64,000 nucleotides of DNA from Eledone cirrhosa (GCA_964016885.1 CAXHJY010001754.1:1-64000), one strand, 5' to 3'; positions 12,613-28,106 are shown, counted from the first letter of the stretch. The notes: a model not told the origin generated them from the letters alone. Numbers and translations: made by a program.

Positions 12613-12815
12613 TACACATATATACACACATATATATATACATTATCAGTCTAATTTTAATAGGTTTATCTATATTAATGTTATCTGATTAAGTCTTCAT
12701 TAATTTAATCTCTCATTACAGGAAGCCAACACAACACTACTTCCGGCTTCCTTGTCTACGGTGAAATCAAATTTTCTTTTATATATTTCATCTTATATTT
12801 TATATATATATATAT

Positions 12816-12859
<44 letters not shown>

Positions 12860-12922
12860 GTTCTCTTTCTCGCCCAGTCTCTCTCCCTCCCCCCTCTCTC
12901 TCTCTATGTATATATATATATA

Positions 12923-12992
<70 letters not shown>

Positions 12993-13200
12993 CAGACTGA
13001 TATAAAATATCTATATAAAATAGATATATATATATATTTATATATATATATATATACATATATATACATATATATAAACAGGAAGATATTCTATACAAAA
13101 ATATTTATGAAGGTATTAGCATTCTTAGTCAGCCATTATCTAAGAATCATTTAGTTAACTATGTGAACGATGTTTTAACTACATTATATAATTATAAAGA

Positions 13201-13582
13201 GGGCAGTGGATTGGCAGTATCGGTAGAGGGTCGGACGCCATGCTTTGACGCATAGAGTTGCGCCCCTTGCCATTCTGAGTTCAAATCCCGCCGAGGTTAA
13301 CTTTGCCTTTCATTCTTACGGGGTCGATAAAATAAAGTACCAGTAATGCACTGGGTAATTGCTGGCCTTGTGCCAAAAGCAGAAAAATTAATGGCGGTGG
13401 ATTTGCAGTATCGGTAGAGGGTCGGGCGCCATGCTTTGACGCATAGAGTTGCGCCCCTTGCCCTTCTGAGTTCAAATCCCGCCGAAGTTAACTTTGCCTT
13501 TCATCCTTACGGGGTCGATAAAATAAAGTATCAGTAATGTACTGGGTAATTGCTGGCCTTGTGCCTAAAGTAGAAACAATTA
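13201..13582 (+). mobile_element. Head-to-tail pair of full-length SINEs
   Basis: Two copies of about 190 bp (13201-13390 and 13393-13582), each with A box, B box, core and tail. Confidence 0.92.
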
Positions 13583-13976
13583 TATAATTATACAGAATTA
13601 AGACTTAACGTGGACTTTATCACTAGTTTTATCAAGAAAACAGTTAACTTATTTAACGAAAGGGGAGTACTCAATACGGTTAATCACAGTGCTTCAATAT
13701 TTTCTTATTATACCAATAGTTGGTGTAGGTTTTAGTTGTTGTTTTTTTTTAATTGGCTTCATAGATGTTTTTTCTTCCCCTCCTTTTATAAATCCGTATA
13801 TTACTGGTACCTTTGCTACAACAGATATGAAACTGAGGTACTTTAGCAAGGAAATGGACGCACACATAATACATGCATACACACATACATACACTCACAC
13901 GTGCACACACATGCATACACACACACACGAAGAATTTTTTACAGAGACGGCTATCAGTTAAACACCATATATATGT

Positions 13977-14019
<43 letters not shown>

Positions 14020-14080
14020 CATATATGTGTGTATATATATATATACACATATATATATATATATCATACATATAGTTATA

Positions 14081-14173
<93 letters not shown>

Positions 14174-14211
14174 TACATAGATACATACATAGATACATAC
14201 ATGCATATCTG

Positions 14212-14605
14212 CCACCAAATTATAGCACAACCGGCCTGATGTTGTTTGGGACCACACATTGAAAACGTGTTCTGTTGTGGAGATCAGCTGCCCACTTGAT
14301 GTAAACGTTGTCAGAAAAATACATTGATGATGAGTTTACAAATCCAGTATCCAAGATACACCTTTAGCTTCATACCCATCATTATTGGAGCTACTGGTTA
14401 TATACCAACTCGCTTGGACCAAAGTATGACTGAACTTGGATTTGCGGACATAGAACGCAGCTCCCTAATTCATAGTCTACAAATGACTGCGATAGCTGGC
14501 ACCTTCAAAATTTACAAAACATTCTTGCGATTCAAGAGATGACAATTTCTTTTCTTTTACAACCTTGCCACCAGGAAGGTGGCCAGTCAAAAAATATACT
14601 CAAAA
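14212..14605 (+). pseudogene. 3' end of an R4/Dong-like non-LTR retrotransposon (restriction-like endonuclease domain)
   Basis: The translation [31 protein letters not shown]...YTFSFIPIIIGATGYIP...TFKIYKTFL fits the RPD...E PD-(D/E)xK RLE pattern. It has an upstream stop and an apparent internal deletion, with a short 3' UTR ending in (CATA)n. Confidence 0.8.
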
Positions 14606-15397
14606 TAAAGAGAAAGAGATAAACATACATACATACACTCATACATATATACATATATGTAACATTACTGTAACATTACAACCCCACATGCATATCTAGA
14701 GATCCATGTAAATACAAAACATGGTGGGAACAATATCAAAGACGTCAGAAGTAAAAATATAGTATACGTTGTCGCCATTAATTTGTTTTCCAATCTTTGA
14801 TACAATTAATATGGCCGTCACTAGCTTCTAATAGATCCATAACATGGAGGCCATTTTTCTTCTTTGCTCTTTCATACACATCTAACTTTTTCTGCATCAC
14901 TAACAATAGACATGCTGATATATTTCTTTCTTAAATACTTCCCTTTTACCTACTTTGAATTAGAATTATGTACTGTAATTGGAAACAAATTTAAAGACAG
15001 AGGCATAAAATCAGACCACACCCCACGAAAAAAAAAAAACCTTGAGGTTGGTTTACTTGCAAGTAAATAACAAAATGGCGATATATATATATGTTAAAAT
15101 AATAGGTTGTTTGTTGTTGTCTTTTTTTCATATTAAGAAGCAGTTGTTATTGTTTGAACTCTAGTTTTGTTGTCGCCATCTTGTGTTTTATGTAGCTGAT
15201 GATACGGTTCGTTTGAAAATTAACTGACCTTTCACATATTATTTCTTAAACATCCTAATTTTTTCAAATTAGTTCAAGCATTTTCTTTTTATCGAGAAAT
15301 TTGAAAGAAGATAAAAAATCACAGCTAAAAAGATATATAGACAAACACACACACACATAAATATATTTATATGTGTATGTATACATCGTCATGATAC

Positions 15398-15458
<61 letters not shown>

Positions 15459-15713
15459 TTTATACATGTTATATATATATATATATACATATATAATCAC
15501 ACATATATATTCATACATATATATATATATATGCATTTATATATGTTATATATATATATATATATGTGTGTGTGTATGTGTGTGTAATGTATGTATGTAT
15601 TATAACATATATATGCATAAATATATTATACATCATTTAGATCACATTTCCATGATTTTGTTATATACACTTATAAAATATATTATTCATTTGTGTTTCT
15701 TTGAAAGGCAGAC

Positions 15714-15761
<48 letters not shown>

Positions 15762-15817
15762 AATACATACATATATTTCTGTACTTGCTTATTTGCATCG
15801 ATATACATTTGCGTATG

Positions 15818-15876
<59 letters not shown>

Positions 15877-16443
15877 GTGTGTGTGTGTGTATATATATAT
15901 GCCTGCTTGCATGTATGTATTAACGCATGAATATATGTATATATAATGCACGTATATATATATGCATGCATGTGTATATACAAGCATGCGTAGTAGCAGT
16001 TAAGAGTGAGCATGCGTGAGGTTTTTATGTGATATTCGTAAGAGTGTAAAAACCAAAATAATTCATATTGAACCTTAAATTTATTTGCCCATCAATTTCT
16101 GAAATATATTTCATAATCTTCTTTGATCCGGTTTAGAGGGCTGAAAGTGGTTTCAAACATAGAAGAGTATGGCGTCCTTTACTTTATATTATATGATGGG
16201 GCTTTTTTTTTAACATGTTCATCGTAATTGCTTACTCAGCCGTTCTTTGTAGATATTTTAAGAGCTTGTCTCACAATTGTGTTAAAATATAAAATAAGGG
16301 TTGTAGAAACAACTAAGTGACAGGAAAGACATTTAAATGGACATATATAATTGACTGTGACATAATTTGCTTGATAAATAAATAGATAGATAGATAGATA
16401 GAGCTTTTAGATAAATAAATGTGGGTATATATGTATATATACA

Positions 16444-16531
<88 letters not shown>

Positions 16532-16774
16532 CACATTTATCTATCTAAGACCTCTATCTATCTATCTATATATGTATATGTGTATGTATATATTTACAGA
16601 CACACAAAAATCCATACATAAGTATGTATTTATATGTATGTTTGTGTATATATATATATATATATATATATACAAGTTTTCATAATAAAAACCTCAATGT
16701 GAAACCTCGTTTTATTTTCTTTACATATGTATACTGTATATACTGTGTATATACATATATTTATTAAGAAAAAC

Positions 16775-16822
<48 letters not shown>

Positions 16823-17134
16823 GAAAAACATTATATATATATATATATATAATGTACTTAGTTAAACTTTGTTCTTAAAACGAGATAACCTAAATGTGAG
16901 AATTAAAATGAAGTTTTTCACAGAAACTCTACGTATAAATTACTTAGAGAAAATATCCCTATTGGATACTAGACATATATTATGTACTGTATTTTCAATG
17001 GTATAAGAAAACATGAAAGTAAAACAAAACATTGCAATACTCATAACACTGAACAGTGCAGTAAACCTATACAATATTAATAATACTTCTCATGAATTGT
17101 TTCTAACACTGATATACATAAAGCCAGGAAGTTA

Positions 17135-17315
17135 AGGGCGGGAGCAGTCGATTAAATCACCCCAGTACTGGACTGGTACTTTATTTTATCGACCTCGAAT
17201 GGATGAAAGGCAAAGTTGACCCCGTCAGGATTTGAACTTAGAGAGCAGACAACCGAAATAAATACTGCAAAGCATTCTATCCGACGTTCTAACGACTTTG
17301 CCAATTTGCAACCCA
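17135..17315 (-). mobile_element. Older SINE copy
   Basis: CTGGTACTTTATTTTATCGACC...GGATGAAAGGCAAAGTTGACC...GGATTTGAAC. Confidence 0.8.
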
Positions 17316-17499
17316 TTCGAGTCTATTTATGAACAAGAAATCTGGAATTATGTATAGAATCCTGTACACAACTAATTATTCCATGTTGTTTATGACATCT
17401 TATGTCATATTTATTAGCAATTATGGTTTAATTAACTTGATCATCATTGTATGTGATGAATGAAGAATAATCCTCGTTTAGATGTCTGTAAATTAAAAC

Positions 17500-17635
17500 A
17501 TGCATTATCGACGGGTCCTGTCAGAAGCAACCGTCTCCAGTTCATCCGGTTGGATCCTGTTGGAGCCTCATGGATGTTATCCAACCATCTTGCTCGGGGT
17601 CTATCCCTGGGTTTCCTGCCGCTTGGTTTTGTCAA
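17500..17635 (-). pseudogene. RTE-clade LINE C-terminal remnant
   Basis: Translation KPSGRKPRDRPRARWLDNI, homologous to the copy at 63510-63780. Confidence 0.7.
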
Positions 17636-19060
17636 TTTTTAGACACAAAATTTGTTAAAGCTTTTCAGGAATCGAAGTGAGGTGGGGTGAACAAAAGTTG
17701 TATCACTCTTCGATTCCAGGAAAGATTTAATATATTTCTGTCAAAGAATTCGTCCTATAAATCAGTGCAAAGTTTTATTTAAAATTCATTAAGAATGAAA
17801 ACCTTTCAGGGTATGACAAAAACATATTTGGTCGGTGTAGGCAACAACGATTTCCCCATGGTGCCTCGTTTCTCGTTATCAATGAAATTTATCTCAACAT
17901 CAAGTAAATCAAGCAGAAATATATCTATTTTCATTTCTATTTTGTTTATCAGACTTCAAAGAATCCATTGTGGAGATAGATCTAGAAAACTCTAACAACA
18001 TCACAACAATCCAATAAATCATTCCGACACTCTTTAACCTTAAAGAGTGTTTCCAAAAAGGCTTAAGGTAAATCCTATCTCGACGCTGAAATAGAAACTC
18101 CGAAAAATTAGTAATAAAATTTAGTCTTTATTTATATATTTTTTCACTTCTATTTTGATTCTTATTTTATGTTGTTTTTTATTTATGTATGTTATTTTGT
18201 TGTTTTTCATGAAAGCTTTATAATGTCTTAATTTAAATATCTCCCCTTTCACCTTTCTTCGTCTACATCAACCTGCTCATTACATTCCGGCAAACAGCTT
18301 AAGTTTCTTTCTACAAGTTAAACAAAATATTTCCTTGAATATAAAGTTAAACAAAAAACGAAACAATGTTTTCTTAATTCTTAACATTTTTTGTTTCTTT
18401 CTTTATGCAAAAATAATTAAATTAACATCACAGAAATTAGTAAGTGTACCGTATCGTTTTTAGTCGCCTAGTAAAACAGCTTTTTTTTTTTTTTTCTTTT
18501 TTACTTTATTTTCTGGAAATAAAGCAGCTGTTTGAAGCTAACACTGTGATTAGCTGGACAACATTGGCATAAGACAGTGTAATTATGATATCTGCTAGAC
18601 GCGATTTACTTAAACCTAGACATTGTCAATTCAGTGAGTGATGTTCTCTGCAGAGAAGGCATTCAATTAGTAAAGTCTGAGCAATGTTAATATAATGCTT
18701 CTTCACTATCATCATCAAAATAGAATTTACTTTCAGGGTCCTGACAATATAATCCCCACAGCACAATCCTTTCTTTATTACATAATCATCTCTATATCCG
18801 TTTCTAGACTGAGCGTTTAAACATAGGTTGTTGCTATGTAAATTCAACTAAGTAGTCGATCTAAACAGAGCTTTTATGGATTGCATTTAAATCCCGCAAA
18901 AGGGCAGCCATTTCTGTAATATAGTAAAAATAACAACTTTATTAAATCAATGGATGCTGCAGGATATAGTTTCTATAAAGTATTATGGATTTTATTGTTT
19001 TAAAATTAATAATCTTTACAAGTCCACAATAAATGTGAAAACTTTCCCATTATCAGAGAT

Positions 19061-19093
<33 letters not shown>

Positions 19094-19094
19094 A

Positions 19095-19460
19095 CAAATA
19101 ATTGTTTCTACTTTAGGCACAAGGCCAGCAATTATCTCGAGGTATAACTGGTACTTTATTTTATAGACCCCGTAAGGATGAAAGGCAAAGTTAACCTCGA
19201 CGGGATTTGAACTCAGTCCGTAAAGGAACGTAACTGTGCTGCAAAGCATGGCGTCCGACCCTCTACCGATACTGCCAATCCACCAATAAATAATTGTTTC
19301 TACTTTAGGCACAAGGCCAGCAATTACCCAGTGCATTACTGGTACTTTATTTTATCGACCCCGTAAGGATGAAAGGCAAAGTCAACCTCGGCGGGATTTG
19401 AACTCAGATCGTAAAAGGATGTAACTATGCTGGAAAGCATGGCGTCTGACCCTCTACCGA
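19095..19460 (-). mobile_element. Head-to-tail pair of SINEs
   Basis: Two reverse-complement copies (about 19095-19285 and 19287-19460). Confidence 0.9.
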
Positions 19461-19585
19461 TTGTAATATATACATACAGAGAGATACACATTATACATTA
19501 TCATATATATATATATATATACGGGGTAACAAATAATAGTTATATGCAGTCCATATATAGCAAACCATGTGACTCTTCTTTCCTG

Positions 19586-19657
<72 letters not shown>

Positions 19658-19677
19658 TCTATTTTCTTGTCTCATCG

Positions 19678-19767
19678 CCAGACTGATGAGAAGATCGATT
19701 CTGGAGTCGGGTCAATAACTCATATGGATGACCTTGAGCCAATCCTCTGCGAAACACGCGTACCAGG
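19678..19767 (+). ncRNA. Decayed hammerhead-like motif
   Basis: CTGATGA (19683)...GAAA-CACGC-GTA (19751-19762) in an insert of about 160 bp between microsatellites. The stems are imperfect. Confidence 0.4.
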
Positions 19768-19818
19768 TCAATACACTATTAAAATCTTATACATGTAAAC
19801 GAAACTTTCTCGTTTTTT

Positions 19819-19877
<59 letters not shown>

Positions 19878-20199
19878 TGAGAGGGGGGGGAGAGGGGGGG
19901 AGAGAGAGAGCTTAAGAACAGCGTGATTTAAAATCAGTGTGTGAAACTGAAGATTTCTTACTTCCCCTTGAGTCCAGGTTGTCAGAGGATGGTTGAACCT
20001 TCTCCAGACTAGTCAATCCACAGCATTAAGAACAGAAACCGACCACACCCCGCAGTCACAGACATCTGACGCTGAGATAGTGAACCAGTCGTGGTTCCAA
20101 CCAAATATGTTGACAGTGATGGGCGATACTAGGTCTGTTATCTCTTCCATTGTTCGATAACATAGAGTTGTGTACGGCAGCAAGACAGAATATGTTGAG

Positions 20200-20502
20200 A
20201 GGTTTCACATTCATCAGGTCTTGGGTTCTATTCCACAGCTTACTTGAAAACACTTGAGTAAATGTCATTTACACAATAGCTTTGGGTTGACCCCACATGC
20301 ATTGTGAAATTGGTAGACGGAGGCTATGTGGAAGCCTGTCGGAAGGATGGTTGTTGTAATTTAAGGGCCAGCTTTGTCACATGTTGCAACGCTGAATCTC
20401 CCTGATAATTACATTAGGAGTACACGTGTTTGTGAAATGGTGGGTGACTTACACGTTTATTTCATGGGCAGGCTGTTCGTATTGGTAGAGCAATTGGAAT
20501 GC

Positions 20503-20505
<3 letters not shown>
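20200..20505 (+). mobile_element. Diverged remnants of other dispersed SINE-like repeats
   Basis: GGGTTCTATTCC...TTGGTAGACGGAGGCTATGTGGAAGCCTGTC and GCTGAATCTCCCTGATAATTAC... resemble octopus repeats from memory. A related minus-strand remnant lies near 8755-8900. Confidence 0.45.
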
Positions 20506-20584
<79 letters not shown>

Positions 20585-20590
20585 GACACA

Positions 20591-20632
<42 letters not shown>

Positions 20633-20658
20633 GAGACACACACACTCTGTCTCTCTCC

Positions 20659-20761
<103 letters not shown>

Positions 20762-20977
20762 TGACACTCTCACACTTCTTTTGGTCATCGAATTATTTTT
20801 TGTTCTATTGCCTTGTACAGTTTGATATTAGATATCTTGGTGACGATACCAGAATGATAATGATGAGGGTGATGATGATGATGATGACGATGATAAAGTC
20901 ATAAGTAGTAATTATGCAGTTTTAACTGCGCAATCCTATTAGCCAGACACTCTTCTCTCTCTCCATGTATTAATATA

Positions 20978-21053
<76 letters not shown>

Positions 21054-21072
21054 CATATATATACATATATAT

Positions 21073-21104
<32 letters not shown>

Positions 21105-21132
21105 ACATATATATATGTGTGTGTATATATAT

Positions 21133-21222
<90 letters not shown>

Positions 21223-21227
21223 TGTAC

Positions 21228-21339
<112 letters not shown>

Positions 21340-21391
21340 TATATGTATATATATATATATATATATTAGTATATATATATATATATTAGTA

Positions 21392-21425
<34 letters not shown>

Positions 21426-21427
21426 CT

Positions 21428-21462
<35 letters not shown>

Positions 21463-22131
21463 TAGTATATATATATGAATATATATACTAATATATATAT
21501 ACATTCATAAGTATTAATCAAGAAAATTATATGCACGCAAATATTAATTGAGATCCGTTGTCATTCATATAATAATAGAACATGAAGGAGGACGAGTTTA
21601 ACAACTACTGTAACAACAACAACAGCAACGACAACGACAACAACGATAACAACACGGCTATAACAACTCAACAACAACAACAACAGAACTAACACTTCAA
21701 CAACAACAAAAATAACACCAACAATGGGACAATAAGAAAACTTCGATAAAGGATTATCTGCAAGAAATAGTAGTGAAATCTTCCTCAAATCACAACTTAA
21801 ATTTTTAAAATTAAGGACACGTTGGATAATATAACACTATTCACATTATGTCTTTAAAAAAAGCACGACGGGATGGTCATGGGTGGAACGCCTTTGATCA
21901 CGTGTCTTTTTGGTGATGGCTTGCAAGAAATTAAACAACAATGGACTTTCCACAAAATAACAGATGACGGCGATGACGAAGAAGATGAAGTTGAGAGTAA
22001 TAACGAAGATGATGATGATGATGATGATGATGATTATGATGATGATGATGGTGGGGGAGGAGGAGGGGTAGAATGACGATGACTACGATGATGATGATTA
22101 TGAGAGGAGTAATATTAATGATAATGTATCA

Positions 22132-22238
22132 TCCCGTCGAGGTTAACTTTGCCTTTCATCCTTACGGGGGGTCGATAAAATGAAGTACCAGTAATGCACT
22201 GAGGTAATTGCTGGCCTTGTGCCAAAAGTAGAAACAAT

Positions 22239-22240
<2 letters not shown>
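22132..22240 (+). mobile_element. 5'-truncated SINE
   Basis: Core and tail GTAGAAACAATTA running into (TA)n. Confidence 0.85.
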
Positions 22241-22269
<29 letters not shown>

Positions 22270-22395
22270 AAAATACAACCACTACTACTACTACTACTAC
22301 TATTACTACTACTACTACTACTACTGCTACTACTACTACTACTACTACTGCTACTACTACAGTACTACTACTACTACAACTGCTACAACGACTAT

Positions 22396-22426
<31 letters not shown>

Positions 22427-22956
22427 GCTGCTGCTACTATTACAGTATTACTACTGTTACTACTACTACTACTACCTCTATTACTACAAATACAAATGGC
22501 GACAATAATGAAATAACATCAACAATAGCTCTAAAAACTAAAAATCTCTAAACAACACAAACAGTATATTTGCTGATATTTGCTGGTAAATATCTTGGCA
22601 TCATCTAATCTATCTTAAAAGATGTTGGCGTCAAGAGGGAGAAATTCTTGCTAGAAAAAGTGCTGAGTGTGATAGATATTCTTTGTGGGTTTTTTTTACG
22701 GTGGTTTCATCAAAAAACATACGTTTATATCGACTGGTCTACTGCAAAACTACACCTTTCATTAAATGGAGACAAGAAAAATCAATATATACGTGTAAGT
22801 GTGTGAGAGTGTGCCGGTGTATGTGGGAGGGATATGTATAAAATATATATGTATGTAGGGGGGGGTGTCTATTTATATCATATAATTACATGAAAGGTAG
22901 AGTTGCGAGAATCTACAAATAGCGACACACACTGACTCTCTCACGCAAAGACACGT

Positions 22957-23019
<63 letters not shown>

Positions 23020-23079
23020 AACACGAATACATTTGTGACTTGCATCTCTATTTTGGTCTTCTTTCTTTTTCAATTGTAG

Positions 23080-23131
<52 letters not shown>

Positions 23132-23341
23132 ATATATTGATTTTAGACTATGATAAGAAGGTATGATAATGTTTGTGAATGTGTGATGGGTGGCGTCTCA
23201 CAAATATTTACTATTATCATTTATATACATAAATACCTAACTATATACACACGTATACATTAATATATAAATATTAACTCACGGTTGGGTGTGGATGCAT
23301 TCATGTATATGTGTGTGTCCGCATGTATCTGTGTGTTTCTA

Positions 23342-23386
<45 letters not shown>

Positions 23387-23402
23387 ACGTAGAGATATTT
23401 AT

Positions 23403-23488
<86 letters not shown>

Positions 23489-24209
23489 TATACATTCAAG
23501 TGTAGAGATATTTATACATAACTATACATATATATTTATATATATTTTATATTATATGTAGGATATATTGCTAGTGATATATATATATATATAATATATA
23601 TATACATATATATCACTAGCTATAGCTGCCTACCTTCCGGAAAGGAATAAAAACCAAGACAAAAGGAATACAAAGCAAGGCAAAAGCAAGACTAAACCAA
23701 GGTATATATAAACTAAAACTCTACATAGATGGGGACAAGAGAGAAATCCAAGAAGCAGTAATTCTATTTCTCCGTCTGTTTTATTCTGTTGGCGTTTACC
23801 AGAATTAATTGTTCCAGAAGTTCTTCAGAAGTTCTTCGTTTCATGCTAAGTGAATTTTTATCTGCCTTTTGTTTCTCAACGTGATCTATTTCAGTAGAGG
23901 TGTGTGATGTTTCTTAAAAATTTCACCTCAACAGTTTAATCTTTATACATATACATACATATATATATATATATATTATAATTTGAACACATATATGTAT
24001 ATATCTGTGTTCGTTTTTCTTTATATTCTATTATAATATACGGCTCGGAAATATCTCTTTCTTAGCGCTATTTTGTTGTAAGAGAATATTTTGAGTTCCT
24101 AACTCAATATATTCCTTTGATATATATATATATATATATATATATACTATTTATATATGTAAAATAACCTTTCATATGATACATATACATACACATATAC
24201 ATATACATA

Positions 24210-24250
<41 letters not shown>

Positions 24251-24254
24251 TATA

Positions 24255-24296
<42 letters not shown>

Positions 24297-24626
24297 CTAA
24301 AGATTTACATATACACAAATTAGAGAAAGTCATAGATATATATGTGTTTTTGGCAACTATTCACGATGTGGCTCAATGACGAATTAATTAATTAAATAAT
24401 CAACAATCAGAGCAATATACAATAAAGTGTGTCCATAGAATCATTTGATAAAATATATACCTCATTTCCTCTCCCAGTCAGCATAATCAACCACACAAAA
24501 AACCAATTAAACCAGGCTATAAGATTAAAAGACGCCTATGAAAAAATAATAGATAAATAAACGACAGCTATCTATTCGCGATCAACAGCCATAGAATATT
24601 TACCCACCATTTCCAATAGCACGTGG

Positions 24627-24953
24627 GAATCGATTAAATATATCGTCAACCATACACAATTAGGTATAAAATCAAAGTTAGAATGGTTGACGATATATTT
24701 AATCGATTCATCAGCCATTTTCCGTCCGACACACTTCAATGTAGCCATGCTGGGTTTGGTATCTCCCACGTCTGTTTACACACCCGAGTAAGTACCCACA
24801 TATACACACACACACATACACACGCGCAGGCACACACACATGCATGCATACACATATGTACGCATACATGTGTAGACACACATACCCCCATGCACATATA
24901 TACACACAGACACTCTCGCGTTTGAAGTGTGTCGGAGGGAAAATGGCTGATGA
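24627..24953. repeat. Two abutting inverted repeats
   Basis: Perfect 27-bp arms 24627-24653/24683-24709, then 32-bp arms 24708-24739/24922-24953 with one mismatch. Confidence 0.85.
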
Positions 24954-25335
24954 CCAGTGTAGCAGTAAATAGTGACCAGAATTTATGATGACGTATAAAA
25001 ACAACAGCAAATGGCATGACAAGAGTGAAAGATGTTTTTTGAAGGTGTTTTTTGACGATAACACCCCAGTGAAAAAATTTGGTCCGAAAGAATTGCATGT
25101 ATCCGAAGGAACCTGCAGCCGTAGAATCAGCCAGATCCATACAGTGATCATGTCTCGAGCTACCTGCCGGCGAAACAATTGTAACACGCAATAAACTGAG
25201 TCCAGATGCATCACTGATTTTTCGTTTTTTTATACTATATATATGTATTTATATATATGGAATACTGTTAGCTTATCGCTAAAACAATTTCTATATCTTT
25301 CATTTATATAATTTCTATACCTTTTCATTTATATG

Positions 25336-25420
<85 letters not shown>

Positions 25421-25837
25421 CATAAGAATATATATATATAAATATATAAATATACATCTATCAATGAATTCTTCTAGCCGTGTTACAATAAATATATATA
25501 CAAACTTTCGGTACGGGATAAATTTTCTTTGTTTTTTTCAAGAACGTATTTATTCAGATTTTGACGAAAATTCATAGCTAGCTAAACCTAGATAAATAAA
25601 AATACATAAAAATAGAAAAAAATTTCCCATAATTTATATTTTCTATTTCAGAACCTGAAAGTAAGGAAGCAACATTTTCTAGACATTATGTCTTGCAGCA
25701 ACCAATTTCCATGCGTGTTGCGAACATGTATCATCTGTTTTCGCTTGCGTTTACAAGTCAGCAGACACTTGGTTGCCGTTGTGTTTTGACTGGTCATTTA
25801 CATCAAAATTAAGTTTTTATTGTGTGGGGTTTATATA

Positions 25838-25874
<37 letters not shown>

Positions 25875-25891
25875 AAAAGTTTTTATTGTGT

Positions 25892-25957
<66 letters not shown>

Positions 25958-26018
25958 CACACACACAAAAATACAAAAAAAATACACACAAATACAAATG
26001 TATACATATACACACAAA

Positions 26019-26064
<46 letters not shown>

Positions 26065-26197
26065 ATATATATATATATATATATCACTCATTCGGATCAA
26101 GAATATATCCTTTTCCATAAACTATTTCTCCCCAAAAAATATTTATCTATAGAAACATTATGAATGTATGTAGGTATAAAGATATATATATACACAT

Positions 26198-26290
<93 letters not shown>

Positions 26291-26293
26291 TAT

Positions 26294-26417
<124 letters not shown>

Positions 26418-26429
26418 ACATATATATAT

Positions 26430-26466
<37 letters not shown>

Positions 26467-26649
26467 TTACATTGTTCTTTTTTCTTATGTTTGATCATTG
26501 CTGCCATTTTTTTTTTGAATTTTTGATTTTGTTGTTGTTTGTTTCTTGTGTTTTGGCTGCCATTTGTTGGAAGAGAAGCTGCGTGCACGTAAAAGTTTAA
26601 AACTAATTAGAAAACATAGAGACTGTAAATCACAGCTGTATCATTTAAC

Positions 26650-27089
26650 ACGGCTGTACAGTGACAGAGTGTCGTGAGGGGGAGGGGGAGGGGGAGAGAG
26701 GAGAGAGAGACACAGAGAGGAGAGAGGAAAGAGAGGTTTGTACCATGATAGAGTGCCGTGAGAGGGAGGGGGAGAGGGGAGAGAGACACAGAGAGGAGAG
26801 AGGAAAGACAGGTTGTGCCATGATAGAGTGTCGTGAGAGGGAGGGGTAGAGAGGAGAGAGGAGAGAGACAGACAGACAGAGACAGAGAGAGAGAGAGGAG
26901 AGAGGAAAGAGAAGTTGTACTATGACGGAGTGTCGTTAGAGAGAGAGAGAGAGAGAGGTTGTACCATTATAGAGTGTCGAGGTAGAGGGAGAGAGATAGA
27001 GAGAGAGAGAGAGAGTAAAAGACAGTGGTAAAGTGTCGTGTAAGAGAGAGAGAGAGAGGTTGTACCATTATAGAGTGTCGCAGTAGAGG

Positions 27090-27130
<41 letters not shown>

Positions 27131-27328
27131 AAAGACAGTGGTAAAGTGTCATGTAAGAGAGAGAGACAGAGGTTGTACCATTATAGAGTGTCGAGGTAGA
27201 GGGAGAGAGAGAGTGAGAGAGAGAGTAAAAGACAGTGGTAAAATGTCATGTAAGAGAGAGAGAGAGACATTTTTACAACGACAGTGTCATGTAGGAATGA
27301 TAGAGATAGAAAGATAGATAGATAGATA

Positions 27329-27375
<47 letters not shown>

Positions 27376-27453
27376 GAGAGTAAAAGACAGTGGTAAAGTG
27401 TCATGTAAGAGAGAGAGAGAGAGACAGAGGTTGTACCATTATAGAGTGTCGAG

Positions 27454-27487
<34 letters not shown>

Positions 27488-27564
27488 AAAGACATTGGTA
27501 AAGTGTCATGTAAGAGAGAGAGAGAGAGACAGAGGTTGTACCATTATAGAGTGTCGAGGTAGAG

Positions 27565-27622
<58 letters not shown>

Positions 27623-27711
27623 AAAGACAGTGGTAAAGTGTCATGTAAGAGAGAGAGAGAGACATTTTTACAACGACAGTGTCATGTAGGAATGATAGAG
27701 ATAGAAAGATA

Positions 27712-27720
<9 letters not shown>
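26650..27720. repeat. Composite minisatellite built on (GA)n
   Basis: Modules GAGGTTGTACCATTATAGAGTGTCG and TAAAAGACAGTGGTAAAGTGTCATGTAA alternate, separated by variable (GA)n. A third module, CATTTTTACAACGACAGTGTCATGTAGGAATG, occurs twice. Confidence 0.9.
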
Positions 27721-27778
<58 letters not shown>

Positions 27779-28106
27779 GAGACTGTGCCATATGTGAGAG
27801 ACAGGGCAAAGAGTTAAAGTATGCTAGATCTATAGAGAAAGGAGAAAAACATATGACAAGTTAATACCAGAGTAGAAAACGTTAAACCAGTTTTCTCCTT
27901 TAAATTGATGTTGATATTAAGATGTTGATATGGAAACTAATCTATATTTCTACATTATTTTGACTTTTTATTTTCACTTCCTTCGTCTTCTTTTATTTAT
28001 TTAATCATTTTCTTCTGGTTTGAGGTTCCTCTTTTCAAATTTTCCTATTTTTTTGCAACCCACTTTTTTTTATTTATAAATGAATAATTTTTTAATAATC
28101 ATTTTT

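Noticed and set aside
11729-12692. YI/HT/CV-repeat ORFs here and throughout the window
   Set aside because: Dinucleotide microsatellite artefacts.
25652-25660. Possible 9-nt microexon (tttcag|AACCTGAAA|gtaagg), and a similar 28-nt candidate at about 47456-47483
   Set aside because: Splice-like words alone are common in AT-rich DNA, so RNA-seq junctions are needed.
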